From NCBI GenBank assembly GCA_020723465.1, contig DYIW01000002.1, forward strand, positions 7,048 through 52,180: DNA of 45,133 nucleotides. The letters run 5' to 3'. Origin of the DNA: Phycisphaera mikurensis (GTDB lineage: Bacteria; Planctomycetota; B15-G4; JADJEK01). The position numbers and the translations under genes are program-made. This document shows, piece after piece, positions 33,953-43,058 of the stretch (position 1 is its first letter; each line of letters starts with the position of its first letter). The notes beneath the pieces are model-generated. The model did not search any database. It was not told the origin of the DNA and worked only from the letters and a program-made list of their open reading frames with translations.

Positions 33953-34966
33953 ATGGCGGCGAAGGTGAAGATCGCGATGACCTGGGCCGCGGCCTGCGGC
34001 GGCTGCGACGTGGCGCTGCTCGACCTCGAGGCCAAGCTGCTCGAGCTGACGCGCATCGCGGACTTGGTCTACTGGCCGGTGGCGCTCGACTTCAAGCGCC
34101 GCAACCTCGCGGCCCTGCCGGACGGAGGCCTGGACATCGGCCTGTATAACGGCGCGGTGCGCACCAGCGAGCAGGAGGAGGACGCGCTCCTTTTGCGGCG
34201 GAAGGCGCGACTGCTCGTGGCCTGCGGCTCCTGCGCTTGCTTCGGCGGCGTGCCCGGGCTCGCCAACCTCTCCGACCGGGAGGGGATCTTCGCGGTCGCC
34301 TACGGCAGCACGCCCTCGACCGAGAACCCGGAGGGCGTGGCGCCCGAGCCGCGCTGCTCCGTGAACGGGAACGAGCGCACCCTTCCCGAGTTCCACGACA
34401 CGGTGAAGAGCCTGGCGCAGGTCGTGCCGGTGGACGCCTTCCTGCCCGGCTGCCCGCCGCCGGGCGAAAGGCTCGAGGACCTGGCCGGCATCGTGGCGCG
34501 CTTCGCCGCCACGGGCGAGGCGCCGCCGCGCGGCGCGGTGCTCGCGAGCGACAAGGCCCTGTGCGACGAGTGCCCGCGGAACGGCTCGCGGAAGGGCGGG
34601 CGCGTCTCCGAGTTCAAGCGGCCGCACCAGCTCCTCGCCGATCCCGAGGTCTGCTTCCTCGAGCAGGGCCTGATCTGCATGGGTATCGCCACGCGCGGCG
34701 GCTGCGGGCTCTCGTGCATTCGGGCGAACATGCCGTGCCGCGGCTGCTTCGGCCCGACCGCGCAGGCCCTCGACCCGGCCGCCGAGGCGCTCTCCGCCCT
34801 CGGCTCTATCGCCGGCGACGCCAACGAGAACGACGTGCCCGCGCACGTGATGAAGCGCGCGGTGCAGAGCATCCGCGACCTGGCCGGCACCTGTTACCGC
34901 TTCACGCTGCCCGTCGCTCTGCTGAACCGCGCCGTGCGGGACGTTCCCGCGGAGAAGTCGCCGTGA
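33953..34966 (+). CDS. mvhG: Group 3c [NiFe]-hydrogenase small subunit
   Basis: ACGGC, GSCACFGG, PGCPP, CDECP, CFLEQGLICMG and PCRGCFG motifs. Confidence 0.88.
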   Translation: MAAKVKIAMTWAAACGGCDVALLDLEAKLLELTRIADLVYWPVALDFKRRNLAALPDGGLDIGLYNGAVRTSEQEEDALLLRRKARLLVACGSCACFGGVPGLANLSDREGIFAVAYGSTPSTENPEGVAPEPRCSVNGNERTLPEFHDTVKSLAQVVPVDAFLPGCPPPGERLEDLAGIVARFAATGEAPPRGAVLASDKALCDECPRNGSRKGGRVSEFKRPHQLLADPEVCFLEQGLICMGIATRGGCGLSCIRANMPCRGCFGPTAQALDPAAEALSALGSIAGDANENDVPAHVMKRAVQSIRDLAGTCYRFTLPVALLNRAVRDVPAEKSP

Positions 34967-36435
34967 AGGAGACGATCACCATCGACCCCATCACGCGGCT
35001 CGAGGGCCACGGCCGCATCGACATCCTGCTCGACGACGCCGGGAACGTCCTCGACGCCTACCTGCAGGTGGTCGAGCTGCGCGGCTTCGAGAAGTTCTGC
35101 CAGGGGCGGCCAGTGGAGGAGCTGCCGCGCATCACGCCGAAGATCTGCGGCGTCTGCCCGGGCGCGCACCACATCGCCTCGGCCAAGGCGTGCGACGCGG
35201 TCTATGGTGTGGAGCCGCCGCCCGCGGGCCGGAAGCTGCGCGAGCTGTTCCTGAACGCGCACATCGCGCACAGCCACCTGCTGCACTTCTTCGCGCTGGC
35301 CGCGCCGGACTTCCTGCTCGGCGCGGAGGCGCCCGCGGCGCGGCGCAACCTGCTCGGCCTGATCGACGCGCTCGGCGAGGAGACCGGCCGGGCGGTGCTG
35401 CGCGCGCGCGGCCTGGCGCAGAAGATCCAGGCCATCATCGCCGGCCACGCCATCCACCCGGTCGCCGCCCTGCCGGGCGGCATGGCCAAGCCGCTGTGCG
35501 CGGACGAACGCGCCGCCATCGAGGAGATGGCCGCGGAGCTGGCCGCGTTCTGCGAGCAGGCGCTCGCGCTCTTCGAGACGCGCGTGCTCGGCGACCGCAC
35601 CTGCGCCGCGGCGATCGAGAGCGACACGTACTGCCATGAGACCCACTACGCGGGCCTGGTCGATCCGGCCGGGCGGGTGAACTTCTACGACGGCAAGGTG
35701 CGCGTGGTCGCTCCGGACGGGAACGAGATCGCGCTGTTCGCGGCGCAGGACTACCTCGAACACATCGCCGAGCGCGTGGTGCCCTGGTCGTACCTGAAGA
35801 TCCCGTACTTGAAGAAGGTCGGTTGGCAAGGGCTCACGGACGGGGCGCGAAGCGGCGTCTATCGCGTGAACTCCCTGGCGCGGCTGAACGTGGCCTCGGG
35901 CATGGCCACGCCGCGGGCGCAGGAGGGGTACGAGCGCCTGTTTGCGCGTTTCGGCAAGAAGCCGGTGCACCACACGCTCGCCTACCACTGGGCGCGGCTC
36001 ATCGAGTGCCTGTTTGCCGGCGAGGAGACGCTGCGCCTGGCGCGTGATCCGGAGATCGCGGACGCGCGCGTGCGCGTGGTGCCGAGCGGCACGCCCAAGG
36101 AGGGCGTGGGCGTGGTCGAGGCGGCGCGCGGCACGCTCTACCACCACTACCGCACCAACTCGCAGGGCATGGTCGAGGCGGTGAACCTCATCGTCGCCAC
36201 GGCGCAGAACAACGCGGCCATGAACATGTCGGTGAAGAAGGCGGCCGCGGAGCTGATCCGCGGCGGCGAGGTGGACGAGCGGCTCCTGAACCGCGTGGAG
36301 ATGGCGTTTCGCGCCTACGACCCGTGCCTCGCCTGCGCAACGCACGCCTTGCCGGGGCGGATGCCGTTCGAGGTCCGCCTCTACCGGGGCGGAGGGCTGG
36401 TGCGGACGCTCAGCCGCGGCTTCTCGTGTCCTTGA
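34963..36435 (+). CDS. mvhA: Group 3c [NiFe]-hydrogenase large subunit
   Basis: GTG start overlapping the mvhG stop, TRLEGHG, L1 motif KICGVCP, EAARGTLYHHY, and L2 motif YDPCLACATH with a cleavable C-terminal tail. Confidence 0.9.
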   Translation: MKETITIDPITRLEGHGRIDILLDDAGNVLDAYLQVVELRGFEKFCQGRPVEELPRITPKICGVCPGAHHIASAKACDAVYGVEPPPAGRKLRELFLNAHIAHSHLLHFFALAAPDFLLGAEAPAARRNLLGLIDALGEETGRAVLRARGLAQKIQAIIAGHAIHPVAALPGGMAKPLCADERAAIEEMAAELAAFCEQALALFETRVLGDRTCAAAIESDTYCHETHYAGLVDPAGRVNFYDGKVRVVAPDGNEIALFAAQDYLEHIAERVVPWSYLKIPYLKKVGWQGLTDGARSGVYRVNSLARLNVASGMATPRAQEGYERLFARFGKKPVHHTLAYHWARLIECLFAGEETLRLARDPEIADARVRVVPSGTPKEGVGVVEAARGTLYHHYRTNSQGMVEAVNLIVATAQNNAAMNMSVKKAAAELIRGGEVDERLLNRVEMAFRAYDPCLACATHALPGRMPFEVRLYRGGGLVRTLSRGFSCP

Positions 36436-36660
36436 CCGCCAGGGTCTTCGCGCCGTGCGAGAACCCCATACAGGATCGACGAGCGAGGCGGTCTTCAAAC
36501 GCGGTGGCAAGAAAGACGGCAGGAGTGGTTCGAAGGGCCCTACTGACTACCGACTACCAACTTCCCACTCGCGGCGGCGCGCACGCCCCCGCGGCTGGGC
36601 GCGAACCTCGTGCCTGAGATGGACGCTGGCCGCCAAGTCTGGTCGAGGGGCCGCCGCAGT

Positions 36661-37128
36661 GTGAGGACTCTCGTCGTCGGCATCGGCAGCACCATTCTCG
36701 GTGACGACGGCGTCGGTGTGCACGCCGCCCGCCGCCTGCGCGAGCGTGACCTGCCGGAGGGAGTGGACGTCGAGGAGGCCGGCATCGCCGGACTGGGGCT
36801 GCTCGATCTCGCTTTGGGATACGACCGCCTGATCGTCATCGACGCGATCCTCACCGGCGCGGCCCCAGGCACGATCCACGTGCTCGAGGGAAACGATGTC
36901 GCCCGCGCCGCTCACCTCGGCCCCGCGCACGAGGCGGACCTGCCCGGAAGCCTCGACATCGGGAGGAAGCTGCTGGGGGCCGCCATGCCGAGGGAGGTCC
37001 TGGTCGTGGCGATCGAGGCAGCGGACGTCACGACGTTTTCCGAGTCGATGAATGACGACGTCGAGGCCGCGATCCCGAGGGCGCTGGCGCAGGTGGAGGA
37101 GCGGCTGCGGGGCGCGCGAGATCCTTGA
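36661..37128 (+). CDS. Hydrogenase maturation protease
   Basis: VVGIGSTILGDDGVG and IVIDAI...APG motifs. Confidence 0.9.
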   Translation: MRTLVVGIGSTILGDDGVGVHAARRLRERDLPEGVDVEEAGIAGLGLLDLALGYDRLIVIDAILTGAAPGTIHVLEGNDVARAAHLGPAHEADLPGSLDIGRKLLGAAMPREVLVVAIEAADVTTFSESMNDDVEAAIPRALAQVEERLRGARDP

Positions 37129-38176
37129 AAAACGAGCCGGCTTCGCTCGTTCTTCGCGGTTCGACCTGCAGGATCCAGACGATCTGGCCCGTCTCCGAGA
37201 ACCGAAGCTCGCGCTGGGAGGTCTCGATGGGCTGGTCGTTCTCGACGAGGTCCAGCGGCGCCCAGATCTCTTCCCGCTCCTGCGCGTGCTGGTCGATCGT
37301 CCCGGGGCGAAGGCCCGCTTCCTGATCCTGGGAAGTGCCTCGCCGGAGCTGCTGCGGCAGAGCTCCGAGAGCCTGACGGGACGTGTCGCCTACCACGATC
37401 TCGAGGGCCTCGCCCTCGATGAGGTGGGGCTCGCCGAGCGGGACGTTCTGTGGGAACGCGGCGGGTTTCCCCGGTCCTTCCTCGCTGTCTCGGACGAGGC
37501 CAGCGCCGAGTGGCGTCGCGGCTTCGTCCGGACATTCCTCGAGCGGGACATCCCTCAACTCGGCGTCCAGATTCCCTCGGCGACGCTCTCGCGCTTCTGG
37601 CGGATGCTGGCCCACTATCACGGACAGCTCTGGAACGGCGCCGAGCTGGCGCGGGCATTCGGTGTCGCCGCGTCGACGGTTCGCCGCTACCTCGACGTGC
37701 TGAGCGGTGCGCTCGTGGTTCGCCAGTTGCCGCCCTGGCACGAGAACCTCGCCAAGCGGCAGGTCAAATCCCCCAAGGTCTACGTCGCCGACTCGGGCCT
37801 CCTCCACACGCTGCTCGGCCTCGAGACGCGCGCGGACCTCGATTCCCATCCGAAGATCGGCGCGTCGTGGGAGGGTTTCGTCCTCCACGAGGTGGCGACC
37901 CGGCTCGGCGCAAGGCCCGGGGAGAGCTTCTTCTGGGCGACGCATGCCGGCGCCGAGCTCGATCTCCTGGTCGTCCGCGGCCGGCGGCGCCTCGGCTTCG
38001 AGGTCAAGCGAACGACGGCGCCGTCCACGACGCGCTCCATGCACTCCGCCATCGAGTCGCTTGGTCTGGAGCGGCTGGACGTCGTTCACGCGGGAGACCA
38101 CACGTTCGCGCTGACCGAGCGCATCCGCGCCGTGAGCTTCGCGAGGTTGTTCGAGGACGTCGAGCCGCTGGCCTGA
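37125..38176 (+). pseudogene. AAA_14/DUF4143 ATP-binding protein lacking its N-terminal Walker A
   Basis: LDEVQR (Walker B), ILGSAS, SESLTGR, GGFP, SPKVYVADSG and FEVK are present. No GxRxxGKT is found upstream in frame; that sequence is occupied by the protease 3' end. Confidence 0.6.
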
Positions 38177-38198
38177 CCGGCCGTCGCGGGACGGCCGG
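38177..38198. terminator. Hairpin between convergent stop codons
   Basis: CCGGCCGTC-gcgg-GACGGCCGG, a perfect 9-bp stem. No U-tract. Confidence 0.4.
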
Positions 38199-38200
38199 GC

Positions 38201-40036
38201 CTACTCCTCCTTCTCCTCCTCGAGCAAGCCGAGCTTCTTCAGGGCCTCGTCGATGCGGTTCTCGCCGAAGCCGTACCACGCGTCCACGACCTTGCCCTCG
38301 CGGTCGATGACGTAGGTCATGGGAACGGCGCTCATGCCGAGGGTCTCGTACTTGCTGGTCACTTCCCAGGCCTTCTGCGAGGGGTCGAGCACGTTCGGGA
38401 AGGTGACCTTGTTCTCCTTCATGTAGTCGATGGCGATCTGGCGGTCATCGGCCTCGTTCAGGCCGAGGACGACCAGGCCCTTGTCGCGGTACTTCTCGTA
38501 GATTGCTTGGAGACTCCCTGTCTCCTCTCGGCAAGCGGGTCAGCCACAGCGCCACTTGTTCAGCCAGACCACGTTGCCGCGATAGTCCGAGAGGCGGATC
38601 GTGCTGCCGTCCACGGCCGGAAGCTCGAAGTCGGGCGCCTCGGCGCCCGGCGGCAGCAGGCCTTCCTCGATGGGCGGGAAGTCCCACTCCTTCCAGCCCT
38701 CGGGCGGCTTCCACTGGAACTGCTCGGGCGCGATCTCCGGGTTGAGCGTCACCTCGGACCAGTCCTCGTACACGAGCAGGTTGAAGCTGACGCGCACCAC
38801 CTCCTCGAGCTTGCGCGGCAGGTGGTCCTTCTTCGACAGCCACAGGTACCAGCTCCGCTGATGGTCCATGATGCTGACTTCGATCTTGTCGCACTCCTCA
38901 TCCGCGACCGCGTCGCTGCCCAGGCTCCGCACCCCGTCCACGTAGGGCTGCAGCGAGTCGGAGTAGCCGTGGAAGGTGCTCGGGTCGAGGATGGTCATCG
39001 ACATGCCGGCGCCCAGGCTGCCGACCTCGTGGCCGATGGAGTGGCGCCCGACCGGCGTGCGCTTCGTCATGTAGTACGAGTCCTTGTACTGCTCGTACTC
39101 CGCGGCGTACTTGCCGCCGTTCTCCTCCCACGGGTAGCGCGGCTTGCCGGGCGGCCAGTAGATCCAGAAGTGGTCGCCGTCGCCCACGAGCACGCCGGTC
39201 AGCTCGCCTTGCTCGTTGCAGACTTCCACGCGCGCGTAGTTCGGCTTCTTCAGCCAGATGCGGTACGTGGCCTTGGAGGGATGCTCGTCCCCCTCCCTGC
39301 CGAACTGGTAGCTGCTGACCCAGGAGAGCGACTCGGCTTCCCACATGGCGTCGATCATCGCGTCATAGAGGGCGCGGCCGGCTGCATCGCCCTCGAACTT
39401 GGGGGAGGGGCTCTCTTCCCCGGCGAACTGCGCGCCCGCGAACTGCGCGCCCGCGACCTGCGCCGGCTCCTCCGCGTCGAGCAGAGCCTGGACATCTTCG
39501 GTCACGTCACAGTTGCAGAAGAACTGCTCCCCGGCGCGCAGAACGTACGCGGCGCCGGATTCCTGGATGCCGGGATCGAGGATGCGGACCGCGCCCTTCT
39601 CGCGATCGACCTCGAAGCCTTTGCCCTCGAGGAGCCGCGCGCCGTTCAGGATCACGCGCACGCTGCCCGCGGCGAGGGGCCGGTGGAAGAGGAACAGCCC
39701 CGGATCGCGCACCCTGCCATGCACGAACAGCATGTCCACCGCGCAGTCGAAGGCGATCTCGCGCAGCAGGAAGATCTTCCCGCACAGGGGATCGTAGGCG
39801 AAGTCCACGCCGTGTTCGAGGGGCTGCATCTTGCTGGTGCGCCCGCCGGCGCAGATCGACACGTTCAGTCCCTCGGCCTCCAGGGGATTCATGAGCGTGA
39901 ACACGCGCGCGTCGTCGGTCGGCTGTGCGTTCGTGCCAACGACCCCCCCCGCCGCGCGCGCGGTTCCAGCGAACGCGGCGAGCAGCAGGAAGAGGGCGGT
40001 CAACGATCTCGCGGGAAGGGCGTGCGGCGCGGACAT
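38201..40036 (-). CDS. Exported LolA-like + TlpA/AhpC-TSA redoxin selenoprotein (611 aa, U-P-A-C active site, Sec codon at 38540-38542)
   Basis: Track ORFs 38540..40036 and 38201..38422 are in the same frame: APDFELPAVDGSTIRLSDYRGNVVWLNKWRCG-U-PACREETGSLQAIYEKYRDKGLVVLGLN...AVPMTYVIDREGKV. The UGA occupies the first Cys position of CxxC. Confidence 0.93.
38503..38542 (-). promoter_or_regulatory. Candidate bacterial SECIS element
   Basis: Lower stem GCUU/AAGC and upper stem GGAGAC[AGGGA]GUCUCC; the loop starts 20 nt after the UGA. Confidence 0.8.
39423..39463. repeat. Short in-frame 15-bp tandem repeat (AQVAG-AQFAG-AQFAG linker)
   Basis: GCGAACTGCGCGCCC twice plus a degenerate copy, at a domain boundary. 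Confidence 0.7.
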
Positions 40037-40122
40037 GGCGGCGGCCTCCTGGCGCGGGCAAGGCGCGGCCGGCGCCTCGCGCCTGCGCTTTCCCCCAGCT
40101 TACGGATCGATCGTGCCCCGTG

Positions 40123-41799
40123 TTAGTTGCGGATGTCGATGTTCAGCCCGTTCGTGGTCGAGAAGCCCTGGGCGCCCGCGCCCGGGTCGGGCAGAAACGC
40201 CTGGGCGCGCACCAGCACGTTCGCCATGCCGGAGGGGATCTGGGCCGGGACGCTGATTGCGCCTGCTCCCGGGCCGCTGCCGCCGAGAGGAAGCGGCAGG
40301 ATGAGCGCGATCGGGTCGACGAGCAGGGTGCAGCCTCCGCCCGCGGGAATGGAGACCGCGTTCAGGCCGACGAAGAGGAAGGCGAGAACACCGCCCAGAC
40401 CGCCTTCGATCTCGAGCGTCACGACGCTCCCCGGCGAGGCGCAGCCCGAGAGCGCGAGCAGCGGCGTGAAGCCTGCGGATCCGGGGCAGCCCGCGCCATA
40501 GGCGGAAACGCTGCCGGGGCAGGGCACGCCGCTGTAGGCGAATGCCGCGCCGGCGTTCCAGCCGTTCGTGTCCTCGGCGAGCGCTCCCACCACGAAGTCG
40601 TCGCGCCCGTCGGCGTCGACGTCGCCCGTGTCGCGCACGGCGTGGCCGAGCTGGTCGCCCGTGGTCCCGTCCATCGTGAAGAGCACGGCGCCGCTCGCAC
40701 CCGAGAAGACGCGTACCCGGCCGGCCTGGTTCCCGCCGGCGCTGGCCTTGGGAGCGCCGACCAGGAAGTCGGCGTAGCCGTCGCCGTTGACGTCGCCCGC
40801 GCCGTCCACGCTGTGGCCGAACCAGTTCCCGGCCGCGTCGCCGTTGACGTGGTAGAGGATCGTGCCGTCCTTGCCGGAGAAGACGCGCGCGCTGCCCGCG
40901 TCCGCGCCGGTGTTGTCGTCGTAGAAGGCGCCGGCGATGACGTCATCGAAGCCGTCCTGGTTGACGTCGCCGGCGTCGCCCACGCAGTAGCCCAGGCGAT
41001 CATCCGCGGAGTCGCCGTAGAACGAATGGAGCTTTGCGCCGGTCTTCCCCGAGAAGACCCAGGCGGCGCCGGAGTAAATGCCGTGCAGGTTGTAGGAGTG
41101 ATCCCCCACGACCAGGTCCGGGTAGGAGTCGGCGTTCACATCGCCCGCGGCACTCACCCAGATGCCGAAGAAGAAGCCGTTCGCGTCGCCCTGGAACGTG
41201 TGGAGGATCGAGCCGTCCTGGCCGGAATAGACCAGCGCAGCTCCATAGGTGTTCTTGTGCACCGCGCCGACGATGACGTCGTCGAAGCCGTCCTTGTTCA
41301 CGTCGCCCGCGGCGCTGACCGAGCGGCCCAGCATGTCGTTCGCGGCCGCGCCGTGAAAGGCGTGCAGCAGCGATCCATTCAGGCCGGAATACACGAAGGC
41401 GCTGCCCGAGTAGTTGCCAGCAGTGCTGTCGCCCAGGGCGCCGGCGATGACGTCGTCGTGGCCGTCCTGGTTGACGTCCCCCGCGCCGCTCACCGCCCAG
41501 CCGAGCTGATCGGAGGTGGAGTCGCCGTGGAAGGTGTAGAGGAGCGCGCCGTTCGCGCCAGAGTAGACGCGCGCGCTGCCGGACTGGATGCCGTTGACGC
41601 TGGAGTAGGGGGCGCCCACGATGATGTCCGCGAAGCCGTCCCGATCCACGTCGCCCGCGCCGCTGACCGCGGCACCCTGCAGATCGCCCGCGTTGCCGTA
41701 GAAGGAATGCAGGATGCCCTGGGCGCCTGCGCCTCTCGCGAGCAGGACCAGCAGCCCGGCTGTAACCAGGTTCATGAAAACGCGTTGCGAGCTGTGCAT
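40123..41799 (-). CDS. Secreted FG-GAP (integrin-alpha-like beta-propeller) repeat protein
   Basis: AGGAG RBS, signal peptide, seven GDV(N/D)xDxxxDxxxG repeats, and a C-terminal domain starting YGAGCPGS. Confidence 0.9.
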   Translation of the reverse strand: MHSSQRVFMNLVTAGLLVLLARGAGAQGILHSFYGNAGDLQGAAVSGAGDVDRDGFADIIVGAPYSSVNGIQSGSARVYSGANGALLYTFHGDSTSDQLGWAVSGAGDVNQDGHDDVIAGALGDSTAGNYSGSAFVYSGLNGSLLHAFHGAAANDMLGRSVSAAGDVNKDGFDDVIVGAVHKNTYGAALVYSGQDGSILHTFQGDANGFFFGIWVSAAGDVNADSYPDLVVGDHSYNLHGIYSGAAWVFSGKTGAKLHSFYGDSADDRLGYCVGDAGDVNQDGFDDVIAGAFYDDNTGADAGSARVFSGKDGTILYHVNGDAAGNWFGHSVDGAGDVNGDGYADFLVGAPKASAGGNQAGRVRVFSGASGAVLFTMDGTTGDQLGHAVRDTGDVDADGRDDFVVGALAEDTNGWNAGAAFAYSGVPCPGSVSAYGAGCPGSAGFTPLLALSGCASPGSVVTLEIEGGLGGVLAFLFVGLNAVSIPAGGGCTLLVDPIALILPLPLGGSGPGAGAISVPAQIPSGMANVLVRAQAFLPDPGAGAQGFSTTNGLNIDIRN

Positions 41800-41992
41800 G
41801 GGCTGGTCTCCTGATCGTGAGGTGCGTGGCTTGGGGCGATGTCCATCCTCTCGGCTGATGCCGGACGATTCCCAAGCGCACTCCCGCGCGCTCTGCTTCG
41901 CGGAAAACCGCTGGCGCGAGCGGAGCGCGACCGAGGGTGCGCCGGCGCGGTACGATGCGCGGGAAACGCGCCCTGCCCTGGCGGGGCGGAGG

Positions 41993-42655
41993 ATGGCGAT
42001 GAACGCGGACCTGGAGGCGATGCACCGCGGCATCCTCGCGGGCGACCAGAAGGTCGTGGGCGAGGAGGTCGAGAGGGCGCTCGGCGCTGGCATCGAGCCC
42101 GAGCGGATCCTGCGCGAGGGGCTGATCCCGGCCATGCGCGAGACCGGCCGCCTCTTCGAGGAGGGGCAGTACTTCCTGCCTGAAATGCTCGTGGCCGCGC
42201 GCGCCATGAAGGCGGCGCTCAAGGTGCTCGAGCCGCTTCTCTCCGCGGCCCGGGTCGAGCCGATCGGCACGGTGGTGATCGGCACGGTCGAGGGTGACCT
42301 GCACGACATCGGCAAGAACATCGTGTCGATGATGTTGAACGGCGTGGGCTTCGCCGTGCGGGACCTGGGCGCGGACGTGAAGGCCGAGCGCTTCGTCGCG
42401 GCCGTGCGCGAGGGCGGCGCGGACATCGTGGCCATGTCGGCGCTGCTCTCCACCACGATGCCCAACATGAAGAAGACGATCGACGCCCTGCGCGCGGCCG
42501 GGCTCAGGGAGCGGGTGAAGGTGCTCGTCGGCGGGGCGCCGCTCAGCGCCGCGCGCGCAGAGGAGATCGGCGCCGACGGCTACTCCGAGGACGCAAGCAA
42601 GGCCGCGCGCCTGGCCAGCACCTGGCTGGCCGCGCGAGGAGCCGACGATGCATGA
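41993..42655 (+). CDS. Corrinoid (cobalamin-binding) protein of the methyltransferase cognate type
   Basis: Cap domain (GLIPAM...FLPEML), GTVEGDLHDIGKN (DxHxxG), SALLSTTM and VGGAP motifs. Confidence 0.92.
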   Translation: MAMNADLEAMHRGILAGDQKVVGEEVERALGAGIEPERILREGLIPAMRETGRLFEEGQYFLPEMLVAARAMKAALKVLEPLLSAARVEPIGTVVIGTVEGDLHDIGKNIVSMMLNGVGFAVRDLGADVKAERFVAAVREGGADIVAMSALLSTTMPNMKKTIDALRAAGLRERVKVLVGGAPLSAARAEEIGADGYSEDASKAARLASTWLAARGADDA

Positions 42656-43058
42656 GTTCGCACTGGCCGACGCCGTGATCCGCTCGGCCCTGGAGTTCGC
42701 CGAGCAGGGGGGAATCGCGCGCATCACCAAGCTCGTGGTCCGGATCGGCGAGCTGCAGACCATCGCGCGCGAGGTCTTCGACTACGCGCTCAAGGAGATC
42801 ATGCCCGCGGCCGAGCCGCGCCTGGCAGAGGCGGTGATCGTGCTCGAGACCGAGCCGGCGCGCTTCCGCTGCCGGCCCTGCGCGCACGAGTTCACGCTGG
42901 CCGAGAGCGGCGGCCCCAAGGAAGCCGAGGACGCCGAGGCCATGCACTTCATCCCGGAGCTGGCGCACGCCTGCCTGCGCTGCCCGCGCTGCCAGAGCCC
43001 GGACTTCGAGCTGCTCGAAGGCCGCGGCGTGAGCATCGCCTCGATCGAGGGAGAGTGA
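42648..43058 (+). CDS. hypA: Hydrogenase nickel chaperone
   Basis: MHE N-terminus, GELQ, and two CxxC motifs (CRPC, CPRC) separated by a long insert containing HFIPE. Confidence 0.9.
   Translation: MHEFALADAVIRSALEFAEQGGIARITKLVVRIGELQTIAREVFDYALKEIMPAAEPRLAEAVIVLETEPARFRCRPCAHEFTLAESGGPKEAEDAEAMHFIPELAHACLRCPRCQSPDFELLEGRGVSIASIEGE

Noticed and set aside
31555-36435. Sec-containing forms of HdrA, MvhD or MvhA ([NiFeSe] hydrogenase)
   Set aside because: All frames are open and use Cys codons (for example DPCLAC); there is no in-frame UGA.
36420-36480. MvhA ending CP-TGA followed by a hairpin
   Set aside because: It lies in the tail removed during maturation, and the hairpin position and loop do not match the other SECIS candidates.
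40550-41700. Regularly spaced DNA repeats resembling a CRISPR array
   Set aside because: They are the coding FG-GAP repeats; no cas genes or spacer structure are present.
41800-41992. Cobalamin riboswitch upstream of the corrinoid gene
   Set aside because: No recognisable B12-box or conserved core could be seen.
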